Assembly (NCBI GenBank): GCA_963762015.1
Contig: CAVXJL010000003.1
Span: 1,478 to 65,477 of the forward strand
Direction of reading: 5' to 3'
Source: an uncultured Actinomycetota bacterium
Lineage (GTDB): Bacteria; Actinomycetota; UBA4738; HRBIN12
DNA: 64,000 nt
Shown in pieces: positions 39,140 to 48,176 of the stretch. The notes under the pieces are model-generated. The model saw only the letters and a program-made list of their open reading frames with translations. It ran no database searches and was not told the DNA's origin. The stretch's first letter is position 1; each line of letters begins with the position of its first letter. Both the position numbers and the translations under genes were made by a program.

Positions 39140-41355
39140 TGGGAACGGAGGAGACACCGATGGTCGAACGGCGACGGGCCACCACGTGGTTCGCCTCGGT
39201 CGCCGCCGGTCTGATCATCGGCGCCGTCGAGTGTGTGCTCGCGATCGCGTTCGCCGCTCTCGTCTTCGGCGGCCTGCTCGGGGCCCGCCTTCCGGACGGC
39301 ATCGGCCTGTACCTCGGAGCGGCAGCGCTGACGCTCGCGTTCATGGCGTGGCGGTCCGGCTCCCGAGGCGTCGTCGGCAGCGTGCAGGACGCAGCGGCAG
39401 CCGTCCTCGGGCTCGTCGCCGCCGCCGCGGCGGCGAAGGCCGCCGACCTCGACTTCCTGGCCAGGCAGTCCGGGTTGAAGGACTACGAGCGTCCCGACAT
39501 CTTCCTGACCGTCGTCGCCGCGACCCTCGTGGTCACGGTCCTGTGCGGGACCCTCTTCCTGGTGATCGGGAGGTTCCGGCTGGGCGGGCTGATCCGGTTC
39601 GTGCCGTATCCGGTCGTCGGAGGGTTCCTGGCCGGCACGGGATGGCTGCTCTTCTCGCGCGGGATCTACGTCGCCACGGGGACGGTCCTGCACCTGCGCA
39701 CGGTCCCCGCGATGATCCGCGAGTACCAGCTCGTCCACTGGCTCCCGGCCTTCGCGTTCGGTGTGCTCCTGCTCGTCTCGGTCCGGGTCGTCAAGCGCCC
39801 GCTCGTGATCCCGGCGGTGATCGCGATCGGGCTCGTGGTGTTCGCCGCGGGGATGGTCGCCACCGGCTCCTCGATCGAGGAGGTCCGTCAGGGAGGGTGG
39901 TTGCTGTTCGGACCGTTCGAGACGGCGCAGCCGTGGAAGCCCTGGGCGCTCGAGGCGCTCGGCGGCGCCGACTGGGCCTCCGTGCTCGAATCGTGGGCCG
40001 GGATCATGACCGGCGTCTTCGTGGCGACGGTGGCCGCCCTGTTCAACATCTCCGGGGCAGAGCTCGTCTTGGACCGGGACCTCGACACCAACGAGGAGCT
40101 GCGCGATGCCGGAGTCCTGAACGTCGTCTCGGGGGCGCTCGGGGGGATCCCCGGCTATCACGCCCTTTCCCTCACGGCGCTCGCGGAGCGCATGCGCGTC
40201 GACGCGCGGGCCGCCGGCCTGATCGCCGCCCTGGTCCCCCTCGCCGCGGTCGTGTTGGGGGGCTCGGTCATCGGGCTGATCCCGAAGATGATCGTCGGGG
40301 GCGTTCTGGTGTTCCTCGGTCTCGCTTTCATCGTCGAGTGGGTCTGGGACAAGCGGCGGGTGCTGCCGCCGCTGGAATACGCCGTCGTGGTGGTGATCCT
40401 CCTGGGGATCATCATGTGGGGGTTCCTGATCGGCGTGGTGATCGGCCTGGTCCTCGCGGTCGTGCTGTTCGCCATCAGCTACGGCCGGATCGAGCTGGTG
40501 CGCGAGGTCGCCTTCGGCGAGACCTATCGCTCCAATGTCGATCGCCCCGCCTCCGAGCGCGCCGAGCTCCGCGGCCTGTCCGAGCAGGTCCAGATCCTGC
40601 GGGTGTCCGGGTTCGTCTTCTTCGGGTCGACCAACCGCCTGCTGGAGCGGATCCGCCGTCGCATCGAAGGGGCCACGCCGCCCAGATTCCTCGTGATCGA
40701 TCTGCGGCGCGTGACGGGCGTGGACTCCTCAGCCGTCATTTCCTTCGTGAAGGTGCTCCGCCTGGCGGAGGCCACCGGATCGGAGATCTTGTTCACGGGC
40801 GCCTCCGATCCGGTCCGGGCACAGCTCGCGCGGGGAGGCGTGGAGGAGACCGAGGGACTCGTGTCCTTCGAGCCCGACCTGGACCGGGGCCTGCAGCGCT
40901 GCGAGGACGCGCTGCTCTCCGCCGTCGATGTTGCCGGGGCCCGCCAGGGTGTCCTCGACGGGCTGCCCTCCCGTTTATGGACGTACTTCGAGCGCGTCCC
41001 CCTCGGGGAAGGGACGAAGCTGATCGGACAGGGGGACCCTCCCGACGACGTCTTCGTGCTGGAGTCGGGCCGGCTCCGGGTGGAGCTCGTGACACCCGAG
41101 GGGACGCAGATGCGCATCAGCACCGTGTTGCCGGGGGTGATGGTCGGAGAGATCGCCTGGTACACCGAGGACCGGCGAACGGCGGACGTGGTGGCCGAGA
41201 CGCCGTGCGTCGTCCTCCAGCTGAGCCGTGCGGAGATCACGCGGATGGAGGCCGAGGAGCCGGAGCTCGCCGCGGCGCTCCACCGGTGGCTCGCGAAGAC
41301 GATGGCGCTGCGCCTCACCGACCGGATGCGCTTGCTGGACTCCCTCCTGGACTGA
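39139..41355 (+). CDS. SulP-STAS-cyclic-nucleotide-binding transporter (copy 2, tandem paralog)
   Basis: Same architecture as copy 1. ATG 39139 shares one base with the upstream TGA (TGATG). An in-frame ATG at 39160 follows GGAGGAG and may be the real start. Track ORF 38107..41355 is the same frame with a non-coding 5' extension. Confidence 0.85.
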   Translation: MGTEETPMVERRRATTWFASVAAGLIIGAVECVLAIAFAALVFGGLLGARLPDGIGLYLGAAALTLAFMAWRSGSRGVVGSVQDAAAAVLGLVAAAAAAKAADLDFLARQSGLKDYERPDIFLTVVAATLVVTVLCGTLFLVIGRFRLGGLIRFVPYPVVGGFLAGTGWLLFSRGIYVATGTVLHLRTVPAMIREYQLVHWLPAFAFGVLLLVSVRVVKRPLVIPAVIAIGLVVFAAGMVATGSSIEEVRQGGWLLFGPFETAQPWKPWALEALGGADWASVLESWAGIMTGVFVATVAALFNISGAELVLDRDLDTNEELRDAGVLNVVSGALGGIPGYHALSLTALAERMRVDARAAGLIAALVPLAAVVLGGSVIGLIPKMIVGGVLVFLGLAFIVEWVWDKRRVLPPLEYAVVVVILLGIIMWGFLIGVVIGLVLAVVLFAISYGRIELVREVAFGETYRSNVDRPASERAELRGLSEQVQILRVSGFVFFGSTNRLLERIRRRIEGATPPRFLVIDLRRVTGVDSSAVISFVKVLRLAEATGSEILFTGASDPVRAQLARGGVEETEGLVSFEPDLDRGLQRCEDALLSAVDVAGARQGVLDGLPSRLWTYFERVPLGEGTKLIGQGDPPDDVFVLESGRLRVELVTPEGTQMRISTVLPGVMVGEIAWYTEDRRTADVVAETPCVVLQLSRAEITRMEAEEPELAAALHRWLAKTMALRLTDRMRLLDSLLD

Positions 41356-41377
41356 AACTGGATCGGGGCCGGGAGCG

Positions 41378-42049
41378 TCAGCACCCGAGGATGCCGGGCC
41401 ACAGGTGCGCCACCTCGCGCCTGCACACCGGGATCCGCGTCCAGTCCTCCGTCGTGAGATCGGTCGCTCGCTCCCCTTCGTACGCGCAGGTGTCGTCGAG
41501 GGCCTCCAGGTGCAGCGACCCCCTTTCGATCTCCCAGGTGTAGGTCCCTCGTTCGCGGGAGCAGTTGGGGTCGTTGAAGAGGGTCAGGCGATCCCCGTCG
41601 ACCTCGTAGTGCCCCCTCGAGTGGAACGCGGACATCTGGTGGTCCACGAAGTACGCCCCCTGGAAGAAGATCAGGGTCGACACGCCGGGATCGCGCGCGT
41701 ACGGGAGGCACCGACGGCAGGGGAACGGGAGGGCGTTGCTGGCGCCCCCGAGGTCGTCGAGCGTGAGGATCAACATGTAGGTCCCGTCGATCGGGGTCGC
41801 GATGGGCGCCGGGGTCGGCTGCGTGTACGGGTAGGGCCGCGTGGTCATCGGTAGGTCCGCGAGCGACCCCGCCTTCAGCACCTCGTTGGAGCTCGGGGCC
41901 GGCGATGGCAGTGGGGCCGGAGACGCGTCGATCGGAACGGGGCGGGGGGTTGCGCCCCCAGACAGCACGATCGCGGCGACGAGCAGGAGCGCGGCGGCCA
42001 CCGCGGACGGCACGAGCCTCCGTCGGGTCGGATCCGATCCTTCGGTCAC
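41378..42049 (-). CDS. Membrane-anchored extracytoplasmic protein (hypothetical)
   Basis: GTG 42049: VTEGSDPTRRRLVPSAVAAALLLVAAIVLSGG (TM helix), a Pro-rich linker, then a globular Cys-containing domain (GTYMLILTLDDLGG..FPCRRCLPYARDPG..YTWEIERGSLHLEALDDTCAY). The upstream part of ORF 41378..42388 is Arg/Pro junk. Confidence 0.5.
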   Translation of the reverse strand: MTEGSDPTRRRLVPSAVAAALLLVAAIVLSGGATPRPVPIDASPAPLPSPAPSSNEVLKAGSLADLPMTTRPYPYTQPTPAPIATPIDGTYMLILTLDDLGGASNALPFPCRRCLPYARDPGVSTLIFFQGAYFVDHQMSAFHSRGHYEVDGDRLTLFNDPNCSRERGTYTWEIERGSLHLEALDDTCAYEGERATDLTTEDWTRIPVCRREVAHLWPGILGC

Positions 42050-42096
42050 GGGCAAGGGGTGATGATACGCGCGGCCTCCGTAGCATCCCCGACGTG

Positions 42097-42795
42097 ATGA
42101 CGGAGGCGCGAGCGATCGAGGCCGTGGTGTTCGACATGGACGGCGTGCTCGTCGATTCCGAGCCGATCTGGCGGGCCGTCGAGCGCGACGTGTTCGCCGG
42201 GGTCGGCATCGACCTGACCGACGAGGACCTCCTCCCGACGATGGGTGTCCGGGTGGCCGATGTCGTTGCACGTTGGCACCGTCGTCATCCGTGGGACGAG
42301 CCGAGCCGCGAACGGGTCGTCGAGACGATCGTCGAACGGGTCGCCGAGACGATCGAGCGGCAGGGCACACTTCACGAGGGAGCCGCACGGGCGGTCGACT
42401 ACATCGCAGGGCTCGGACTCCCGATGGCCCTCGCTTCCTCGTCGCCGATGCGCTTGATCCAAGCGGTCCTGTCGATGGGCGGCCTGACGGCCCGGTTCGC
42501 GGCGGTGCTGACCGCCGAGGACGAGGCCCACGGGAAGCCGGATCCCGCCGTGTACCTGTCCGCGGCGCGCCGCCTCGGCGTGAAGGCCGACCGCTGCCTC
42601 GCCGTCGAGGACGCGATCCACGGCGTCCGTGCCGCGAAGGAAGCCTTCATGGTCTGCGTCGCCGTTCCCGCCGGAGGCGTGGGCGCCGAGGGCTTCGAGG
42701 AAGCGGATCTCGTGCTCTCGTCCCTGGACGAGTTCGACGATCGGATCTGGACGGCAACCGGCACGATGCCGGTTCCCCCGTCGTCGGACGACTGA
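42097..42795 (+). CDS. HAD-IA family hydrolase (sugar-phosphatase / beta-phosphoglucomutase-like)
   Basis: MTEARAIEAVVFDMDGVLVDSE (DxDGV motif I), ALASSS (motif II), GKPDPAVYL and LAVEDAIHGVRAAKEA (motifs III/IV). Confidence 0.85.
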   Translation: MTEARAIEAVVFDMDGVLVDSEPIWRAVERDVFAGVGIDLTDEDLLPTMGVRVADVVARWHRRHPWDEPSRERVVETIVERVAETIERQGTLHEGAARAVDYIAGLGLPMALASSSPMRLIQAVLSMGGLTARFAAVLTAEDEAHGKPDPAVYLSAARRLGVKADRCLAVEDAIHGVRAAKEAFMVCVAVPAGGVGAEGFEEADLVLSSLDEFDDRIWTATGTMPVPPSSDD

Positions 42796-42835
42796 TCGCT
42801 CGCTAGCATCGGGGCTCCATGCGAGGAGGGAGCCG

Positions 42836-43666
42836 ATGACCGACATCCCGAACGCGACGCTCGGGAACGGGATCGAGATGCCGGCGCTGGGGCTCGGCAC
42901 GTCGCCGATGGGCGATGGACAGGCCGAGGCGATCGTGGCCGCCGCGCTGCGAGCGGGGTACGGCCTGATCGATACCGCCGAGAACTACCGGAACGAAGCC
43001 GGGGTCGGTCGGGGGATCCGGGCGAGCGGTGTCGACCGCGACGAGGTGTTCGTCACCACGAAGTTCAACGAACGATGGCACGGTGAGGCCGAGGCCCAGC
43101 AAGCCTTCGCGAACAGCTCCGAGCGCCTCGGCCTCGACCGGATCGATCTGCTCCTGATCCACTGGCCCAACCCGCGGAAGGACCGCTACGTGGAGGCGTG
43201 GCGGGGGCTCCTCAGGCTCCTCGAGGACGGCAAGGTCCGGGCCATCGGCGTCTCGAACTTCAAGCCGGCGCACCTGGACCGGCTGCTCGGCGAGACGGGC
43301 GTGGCGCCGCACGTGAACCAGATCGAGCTGGATCCGACGCACAGCCGGCCGGAAGCGCGCGCGTACCACGACGCGCACGGGATCGTGACCGAGAGCTGGT
43401 CGCCGATCGGCGCGGGCGGCGACCTCCTCGCGGACCCGACGATCGTCGACGTGGCGCGGCGTCGCTCGAAGACCCCCGCGCAGATCGTGCTCCGATGGCA
43501 TGTGCAACTCGGCCTCGTCCCGATCCCGAAGACGTCGAAGCCCGAGCGGCTGGCGGAGAACAGGGACGTCTTCGACTTCGAGCTCGACGAGGCCGACATG
43601 GACGAGCTCGCGTCCCTCGACGGAGGGGACGAAGGCGTCACGGACGCCGACCGGTTCGGTCACTGA
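42836..43666 (+). CDS. Aldo/keto reductase (2,5-diketo-D-gluconate reductase-like)
   Basis: ATG 42836 follows GAGGGAG. GLGTSPM..LIDTAENYRNE..FVTTKF..LLLIHWP..AIGVSNF..NQIELDP..SWSPIG..IPKTSKPERL. Confidence 0.9.
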   Translation: MTDIPNATLGNGIEMPALGLGTSPMGDGQAEAIVAAALRAGYGLIDTAENYRNEAGVGRGIRASGVDRDEVFVTTKFNERWHGEAEAQQAFANSSERLGLDRIDLLLIHWPNPRKDRYVEAWRGLLRLLEDGKVRAIGVSNFKPAHLDRLLGETGVAPHVNQIELDPTHSRPEARAYHDAHGIVTESWSPIGAGGDLLADPTIVDVARRRSKTPAQIVLRWHVQLGLVPIPKTSKPERLAENRDVFDFELDEADMDELASLDGGDEGVTDADRFGH

Positions 43667-43695
43667 CACACACGCACGGTCGATAGGCTGGAGCG

Positions 43696-44612
43696 ATGGC
43701 GCGTTCGGTGTGGCGGGGGACGCTCAGCTTCGGGCTCGTCGCGATCCCTGTATCCCTGTACCCGGCGACCGAGGCGAAGGACGTGCGGTTCCATCTCTTC
43801 GACCGGCGGGGCCGGCGCGTCCGATACCGCCGGGTCGTGGACGCCGACATGGACGAGCGTCAGCCGGACGAGTCGGACGTCGCTGACCACGACGACGTCG
43901 AGCGCGCTCCGGCCCGCGGCGACACCGGATCGCCGCTTCCCGCAGAGGAAGAGGTGGCAGAGGAAGAGGTGGCGTACGAGGATCTCGTCCGCGGCTACGA
44001 GGTGGAGCCCGAGACGTACGTGTTCCTCGAGACCGAGGAGATCGAGCGCGCGCGGCCGTCGCCGAGCCGCGTGATCGACCTCGAGCACTTCGTCCGGCTG
44101 GAGGAGATCGACCCGATCTACTTCGAGAAGGCGTACTACGTCGCGCCGGGCCGAGGCGCCGAGAAGTCCTACGGGCTGCTGCTCCGCACGCTCACGGAGA
44201 CCGGCCGCGTCGGGATCGGCCGGTTCGTCCTCCGGACCAAGCCTCATCTCGTCGCGCTCCGCCCGATGGATGGTGCGCTCGCCCTCGAGACGCTGTACTT
44301 CGGTGACGAGGTGCGCGACCCCCGTCCGCTCGTGGGCGACCCCGGACGTGCCGAGGTGACCGATCGCGAGATCGACGTCTCGAAGCTCCTCGTCGAAGCG
44401 CTCGCGACGGAGTGGGACCCTTCCCTCTTCGCGGATGAGTATCGCGAAGGACTCCTGCGGATGATCGCCGAACGCACGCCCGAGCGGGTCGAGGAGACCC
44501 CGGAAAGCCCGATCCCCAAGCCCGGGTGGGCGAGCTCCTCGACGCGCTCAAGCGGAGCGTCGAAGAAGCGAAGGCGCGCCGGAAGCCGAAGGGTCAGTCG
44601 CGCGCCGGCTAG
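43696..44612 (+). pseudogene. ku: Ku protein (NHEJ DNA-end binding), frame break before the basic C-terminal tail
   Basis: MARSVWRGTLSFGLVAIPVSLYPAT..RFHLF..YFEKAYYVAPG..GIGRFVLRTKPHLVALRP.. The conserved tail VGELLDALKRSVEEAKARRKPKGQSRAG* is in the +1 frame (break at ~44523, stop 44610..44612). The track ORF reads on to 45123 in the wrong frame. Confidence 0.85.
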
Positions 44613-44696
44613 ATCCACCGAGCCGAAGTGGTCCCGGAGCGAACCCGGGCTCCTGCCCACCCGTAGACCCTCGCAACGACGATCAAGGAGGCTCGG

Positions 44697-45188
44697 ATGG
44701 TGTCTGGCCGGATCAAGGTGCTCGCGGTTGCCGCCCTCTTCCCGCTCGTTCTCGGCGCCTGTTCGGAAGACGCCGAGCCCGGCGACGGGACGTCCTCGCC
44801 CACGGAGTCGTCGGAGCCTTCACCCGAGCCTGCCGAGGCCACCGTCGCCGTCGAGGACTCGGACCTCGGGCAGATCGTCGTGGACGGCGCCGAGGGGCGC
44901 ACGCTCTATGTGTTCCTCGTCGATGAGGGCACGGAGAGCACGTGCTACGACGACTGCGAGGCGAGCTGGCCCCCGCTCACCGTGGAGGGTGATCCCGCCG
45001 CCGGCGAGGGCATCGACGCTTCCCTCCTCGGGACGACGGAGCGCGAGGACGGCTCGATCCAGGTCACCCTCGACGGTCATCCGCTCTACTACTTCGCGTC
45101 CGACGAGACCCCCGACGACGTGAACGGACAGGGCGTCGGCGACGTGTGGTACGTCGTGTCCCCGGCGGGGGAGGCGATCCAGGGCTAG
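44697..45188 (+). CDS. Lipoprotein with tandem Y-x-[FWY]-x-x-D repeats (SCO0930/COG4315-like)
   Basis: Lipobox (LVLGAC), Ser/Pro/Glu linker, then GRTLYVFLVDE..CYDDCEASWPPL and GHPLYYFASDE. Confidence 0.75.
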   Translation: MVSGRIKVLAVAALFPLVLGACSEDAEPGDGTSSPTESSEPSPEPAEATVAVEDSDLGQIVVDGAEGRTLYVFLVDEGTESTCYDDCEASWPPLTVEGDPAAGEGIDASLLGTTEREDGSIQVTLDGHPLYYFASDETPDDVNGQGVGDVWYVVSPAGEAIQG

Positions 45189-45200
45189 CCGCCGCTCCTT

Positions 45201-45275
45201 CCGTCGGAGCCCTGGCCGTCGGAGCCCTGGCCGTCGGAGCCCTGGCCGTCGGAGCCCTGGCCCTCGGAGCCCCGG
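45201..45275. repeat. 15-bp tandem repeat, 4 perfect + 1 degenerate copies
   Basis: ccgtcggagccctgg is repeated head-to-tail at 45201, 45216, 45231 and 45246. The fifth copy, ccctcggagccccgg, is at 45261. It is intergenic, lying between the stop at 45188 and the GTG at 45322. Confidence 0.95.
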
Positions 45276-45321
45276 CGCTGACACGTATCCTCCCGTCTTC
45301 GACCTGGGAGGCGGCGAGCGC

Positions 45322-46956
45322 GTGTCGGTATCGGAGCAGATCGTCGCCCAGCTCGTCGCGGCAGGAGTCCGACGCGCCTATACGGTCCCGGGCGAGAGCT
45401 TCCTGCCGTTGCTGGACGCCTGCGACCGCCATCCGGAGATCACGTTGATCTCGACCCGGCACGAGTCCGGCGCGGCGTTCATGGCCGACGCCGACGCCAA
45501 GGTCACCGGTCGTCCGGCGCTGGCGATGGCGACCAGAGGCGTCGGCGCGGCGAACCTCGCGATCGGTGTGCACACCGCCTTCCAGGACTCGACGCCGATG
45601 ATCGTGATCCTGGGGCAGGTCGAGTCGGCGTTCCTCGGGAGGGAGGCCTTCCAGGAGGTCGACCTGCCCTCGTTCTATCGCGAGATCACGAAATGGTCGG
45701 TGACGGCTCCCTCGAGCGAGCGGCTTCCGGAGCTCGTCGAGCGAGCGATCCACCACGCCACCGGCGGACGCCCCGGGCCCGTGATGATCGCCGTGCCGGC
45801 GGATCTCTTCGACGGGGATGTGGGGCCGGAGCAGGGCCGGCTTCCCGGCGTGGTGGATCGAGGGCCCGCGAGGCCCGATGACGCGACGAGCCGCCACATC
45901 GCCGACGTCTTGAAGGGCGCCGACGCGCCTGTGGTGATCGCGGGTGGCGGTGCGAGGGATGCGCGAGCGGAGCTGGTGTCGGCGGCCGAGCGGTTCGGCC
46001 TCGGGGTGTACGCGAGCTTCCGCCGCCAGGACGTCTTCCCCAACGATCACCCCAACTACTGCGGTCCGCTCGTCCTGACGACACCGCCGGAGACCCTGCG
46101 GGCGCTGGAAGCCGCCGACGTGGTGCTCGTGGTCGGCTGCCGGCTGAGCGAGGTGACGACCCAGGGCTATCGCTTGCCGCGGCCGGACCAACGGGTGGTC
46201 CAGATCGACATCGAGCCGTGGAGCGTCGGCGCCGTCGTGCCGGTGGAGATCGGCGTGGTCGCGGATGCCCGAGAGGCACTGAGTGCGATCATGGAGCAGG
46301 CGCCCGACGATCCCGCGACCCGTCACTGGACACGCGCGCATGACGCGTTCCTCGAAGTGAGCACCCCCCCGGCGAGGGTCGATGGCCCGCTGCACCCGTC
46401 GGCGGTCATCGCAGCGCTCGCGGAGGTCTTCCCACCCACGGTCGTCGTCGCGAACGACGCGGGCAACTTCTCGATCTTCGCGCATCGCTACTGGCGCTTC
46501 ATCCACCCTCGGACCCAGGTGGGGCCGACCAGTGGTGCGATGGGATACGGGATCCCCGCGGCGATCGGCGCCAAGCTGGCGGACCCGTCGAGTGAGGTGG
46601 TCGCGCTGGTGGGGGACGGGGGGTTCCTCATGACCGGCCAGGAGCTCGAGACGGCCGTCCGCTACGACGTCCCGTTCACGACGGTCGTGTTCCGCAACGG
46701 CCTCTACGGCACCATCGCGCTGCATCAGGCTCGCGCGTTCCATCGGACGGCGGGCGTCGACATCGGCGAGGTGGACGTCGCCGAGGTGGCGCGGGGCTAC
46801 GGAGCCCTCGCGTGGTCCGTCGCCGACGTCGACGCGCTCACGGCCGCGCTCACCGAAGCCCGCGGGTGCGGCAGGCCGGCGGTCGTCGACTGCCGGGTCG
46901 ACCCCGACGTCCTGTCGCCGACGGATCGGCTGAGCACACTGCTGTCGTCCGGCTGA
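45322..46956 (+). CDS. Thiamine-pyrophosphate-dependent enzyme (acetolactate-synthase large-subunit-like)
   Basis: 544-aa intact ORF with N-terminal TPP-pyrimidine domain (VPGESFLPLLDA..RHESGAAFMADA), central domain and C-terminal TPP-binding motif (LVGDGGFLMTGQELETAVR). Confidence 0.85.
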   Translation: MSVSEQIVAQLVAAGVRRAYTVPGESFLPLLDACDRHPEITLISTRHESGAAFMADADAKVTGRPALAMATRGVGAANLAIGVHTAFQDSTPMIVILGQVESAFLGREAFQEVDLPSFYREITKWSVTAPSSERLPELVERAIHHATGGRPGPVMIAVPADLFDGDVGPEQGRLPGVVDRGPARPDDATSRHIADVLKGADAPVVIAGGGARDARAELVSAAERFGLGVYASFRRQDVFPNDHPNYCGPLVLTTPPETLRALEAADVVLVVGCRLSEVTTQGYRLPRPDQRVVQIDIEPWSVGAVVPVEIGVVADAREALSAIMEQAPDDPATRHWTRAHDAFLEVSTPPARVDGPLHPSAVIAALAEVFPPTVVVANDAGNFSIFAHRYWRFIHPRTQVGPTSGAMGYGIPAAIGAKLADPSSEVVALVGDGGFLMTGQELETAVRYDVPFTTVVFRNGLYGTIALHQARAFHRTAGVDIGEVDVAEVARGYGALAWSVADVDALTAALTEARGCGRPAVVDCRVDPDVLSPTDRLSTLLSSG

Positions 46957-46961
46957 GGGGC

Positions 46962-48176
46962 TCAGCCGTTCGCCGGCGAACGGTGGTACTCGAAGTGGTT
47001 CCCGTCCGGGACGACGAACTCGCCGCCCCACAGGAACCCCCACCGTGCGAGGGTGTCGACGAGCCGGTCATCCTGGTGCGGTCGATCGCCGTAGTAGTTG
47101 CCGACGAGATTCACGTCGAAGGCGATGCCCCAGGAGTGATGGGACAGCAGCGCGGTCGGGTCTCGGCTGATGAATCGCGGGACGAAGCACCCATTGGAGG
47201 ACTCGAGGAGATGACCGAGGCCTGCATCTCGCAGGTCGCGCATCGCACCTCGGAGCTGGGGGATGATCCCCCGGTGGCACGTGACCTCCTTCTCCATCAC
47301 GGGGATCCGGGTCGTCAGGAGATTCGCGCTCATCCACTCCGGATCGACCTCGAGCGACCCGGGCTGGCCCTTCGCGTGACGTGCGGCGAACTCGCCGAAG
47401 AGCGCTTTCAACAGCACGGGAGGGAGCACGGCGTCTCCCGCCCGGAAGTAGGGGGTCTCACCCGGCGCGCGGACCTGTACCCGCCCGAAGACGCCGAGGT
47501 CGTCGGGCACGAGTGGCCGGATCGTCCGCCGGAGCGATGCCGACGACATGGGCGGGCCCTCGCGCGGCTGGATGAGCAGATACCGAGCGTGCACCACGCC
47601 GATCCGCCGGCCGGTCTCGGCGGAGACGAGAAGCTCGGCCGCCCCCACCAGCTCGTCGGGGAGCACCGCCGCGATCCGGATGCGCGCTCCCTTTCCGAGC
47701 TCGAGGATCGCGCCGGGGCCGAGACCGCGCACCGAGGCGGAGGTCGAACCGAGGATCCCCTCGCCGTTGTCCACCGCGCCGAGCGCGGTGCGGTCGGCCG
47801 GGGGCAGGAACGCAGCGAACGACGCGGGGTTGACCGCGGCCACGTCCAACGGTATCCGGAGCGGCCACTCGGGATGGTCGACGAGCTCGCCGCCGGCGGT
47901 CCACGAGCGGGAGAGCCACACGTTGTCCTCCGCCACGACCGTGATGCGCTCTATCGCGGGGAGTCGCCGGACCCGCTCGGCGAAGCCTTCGGGCAGGCCG
48001 CGTGGCACCCAGGCGAGGAACGTCTCCGGCGCGGACGGGTGCGTGATCGGCACGAGTGCTCTCGGGCGCGACCCGGGCGAGACCGGAAGGGTCCTCGCCT
48101 GGATCCCGAGGGTCACGATGGCGCCGACCAGCACGCCCACGATCGAACCGGCGCCGAACGAGACGCCTCGCCTCAT
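46962..48176 (-). CDS. Membrane-anchored protein with C-terminal M15 (VanY-like D-Ala-D-Ala carboxypeptidase) domain
   Basis: Inner ATG 48176 overlaps the anti-sigma stop (ATGA). TM helix GSIVGVLVGAIVTLGI. C-terminal zinc-peptidase motifs SHHSWGIAFD and VVPDGNHFEY. Confidence 0.75.
   Translation of the reverse strand: MRRGVSFGAGSIVGVLVGAIVTLGIQARTLPVSPGSRPRALVPITHPSAPETFLAWVPRGLPEGFAERVRRLPAIERITVVAEDNVWLSRSWTAGGELVDHPEWPLRIPLDVAAVNPASFAAFLPPADRTALGAVDNGEGILGSTSASVRGLGPGAILELGKGARIRIAAVLPDELVGAAELLVSAETGRRIGVVHARYLLIQPREGPPMSSASLRRTIRPLVPDDLGVFGRVQVRAPGETPYFRAGDAVLPPVLLKALFGEFAARHAKGQPGSLEVDPEWMSANLLTTRIPVMEKEVTCHRGIIPQLRGAMRDLRDAGLGHLLESSNGCFVPRFISRDPTALLSHHSWGIAFDVNLVGNYYGDRPHQDDRLVDTLARWGFLWGGEFVVPDGNHFEYHRSPANG

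Noticed and set aside
45201-45275. CRISPR-like array
   Set aside because: The units are contiguous 15-mers with no spacers, and no cas genes are in the window. It is a simple tandem repeat.
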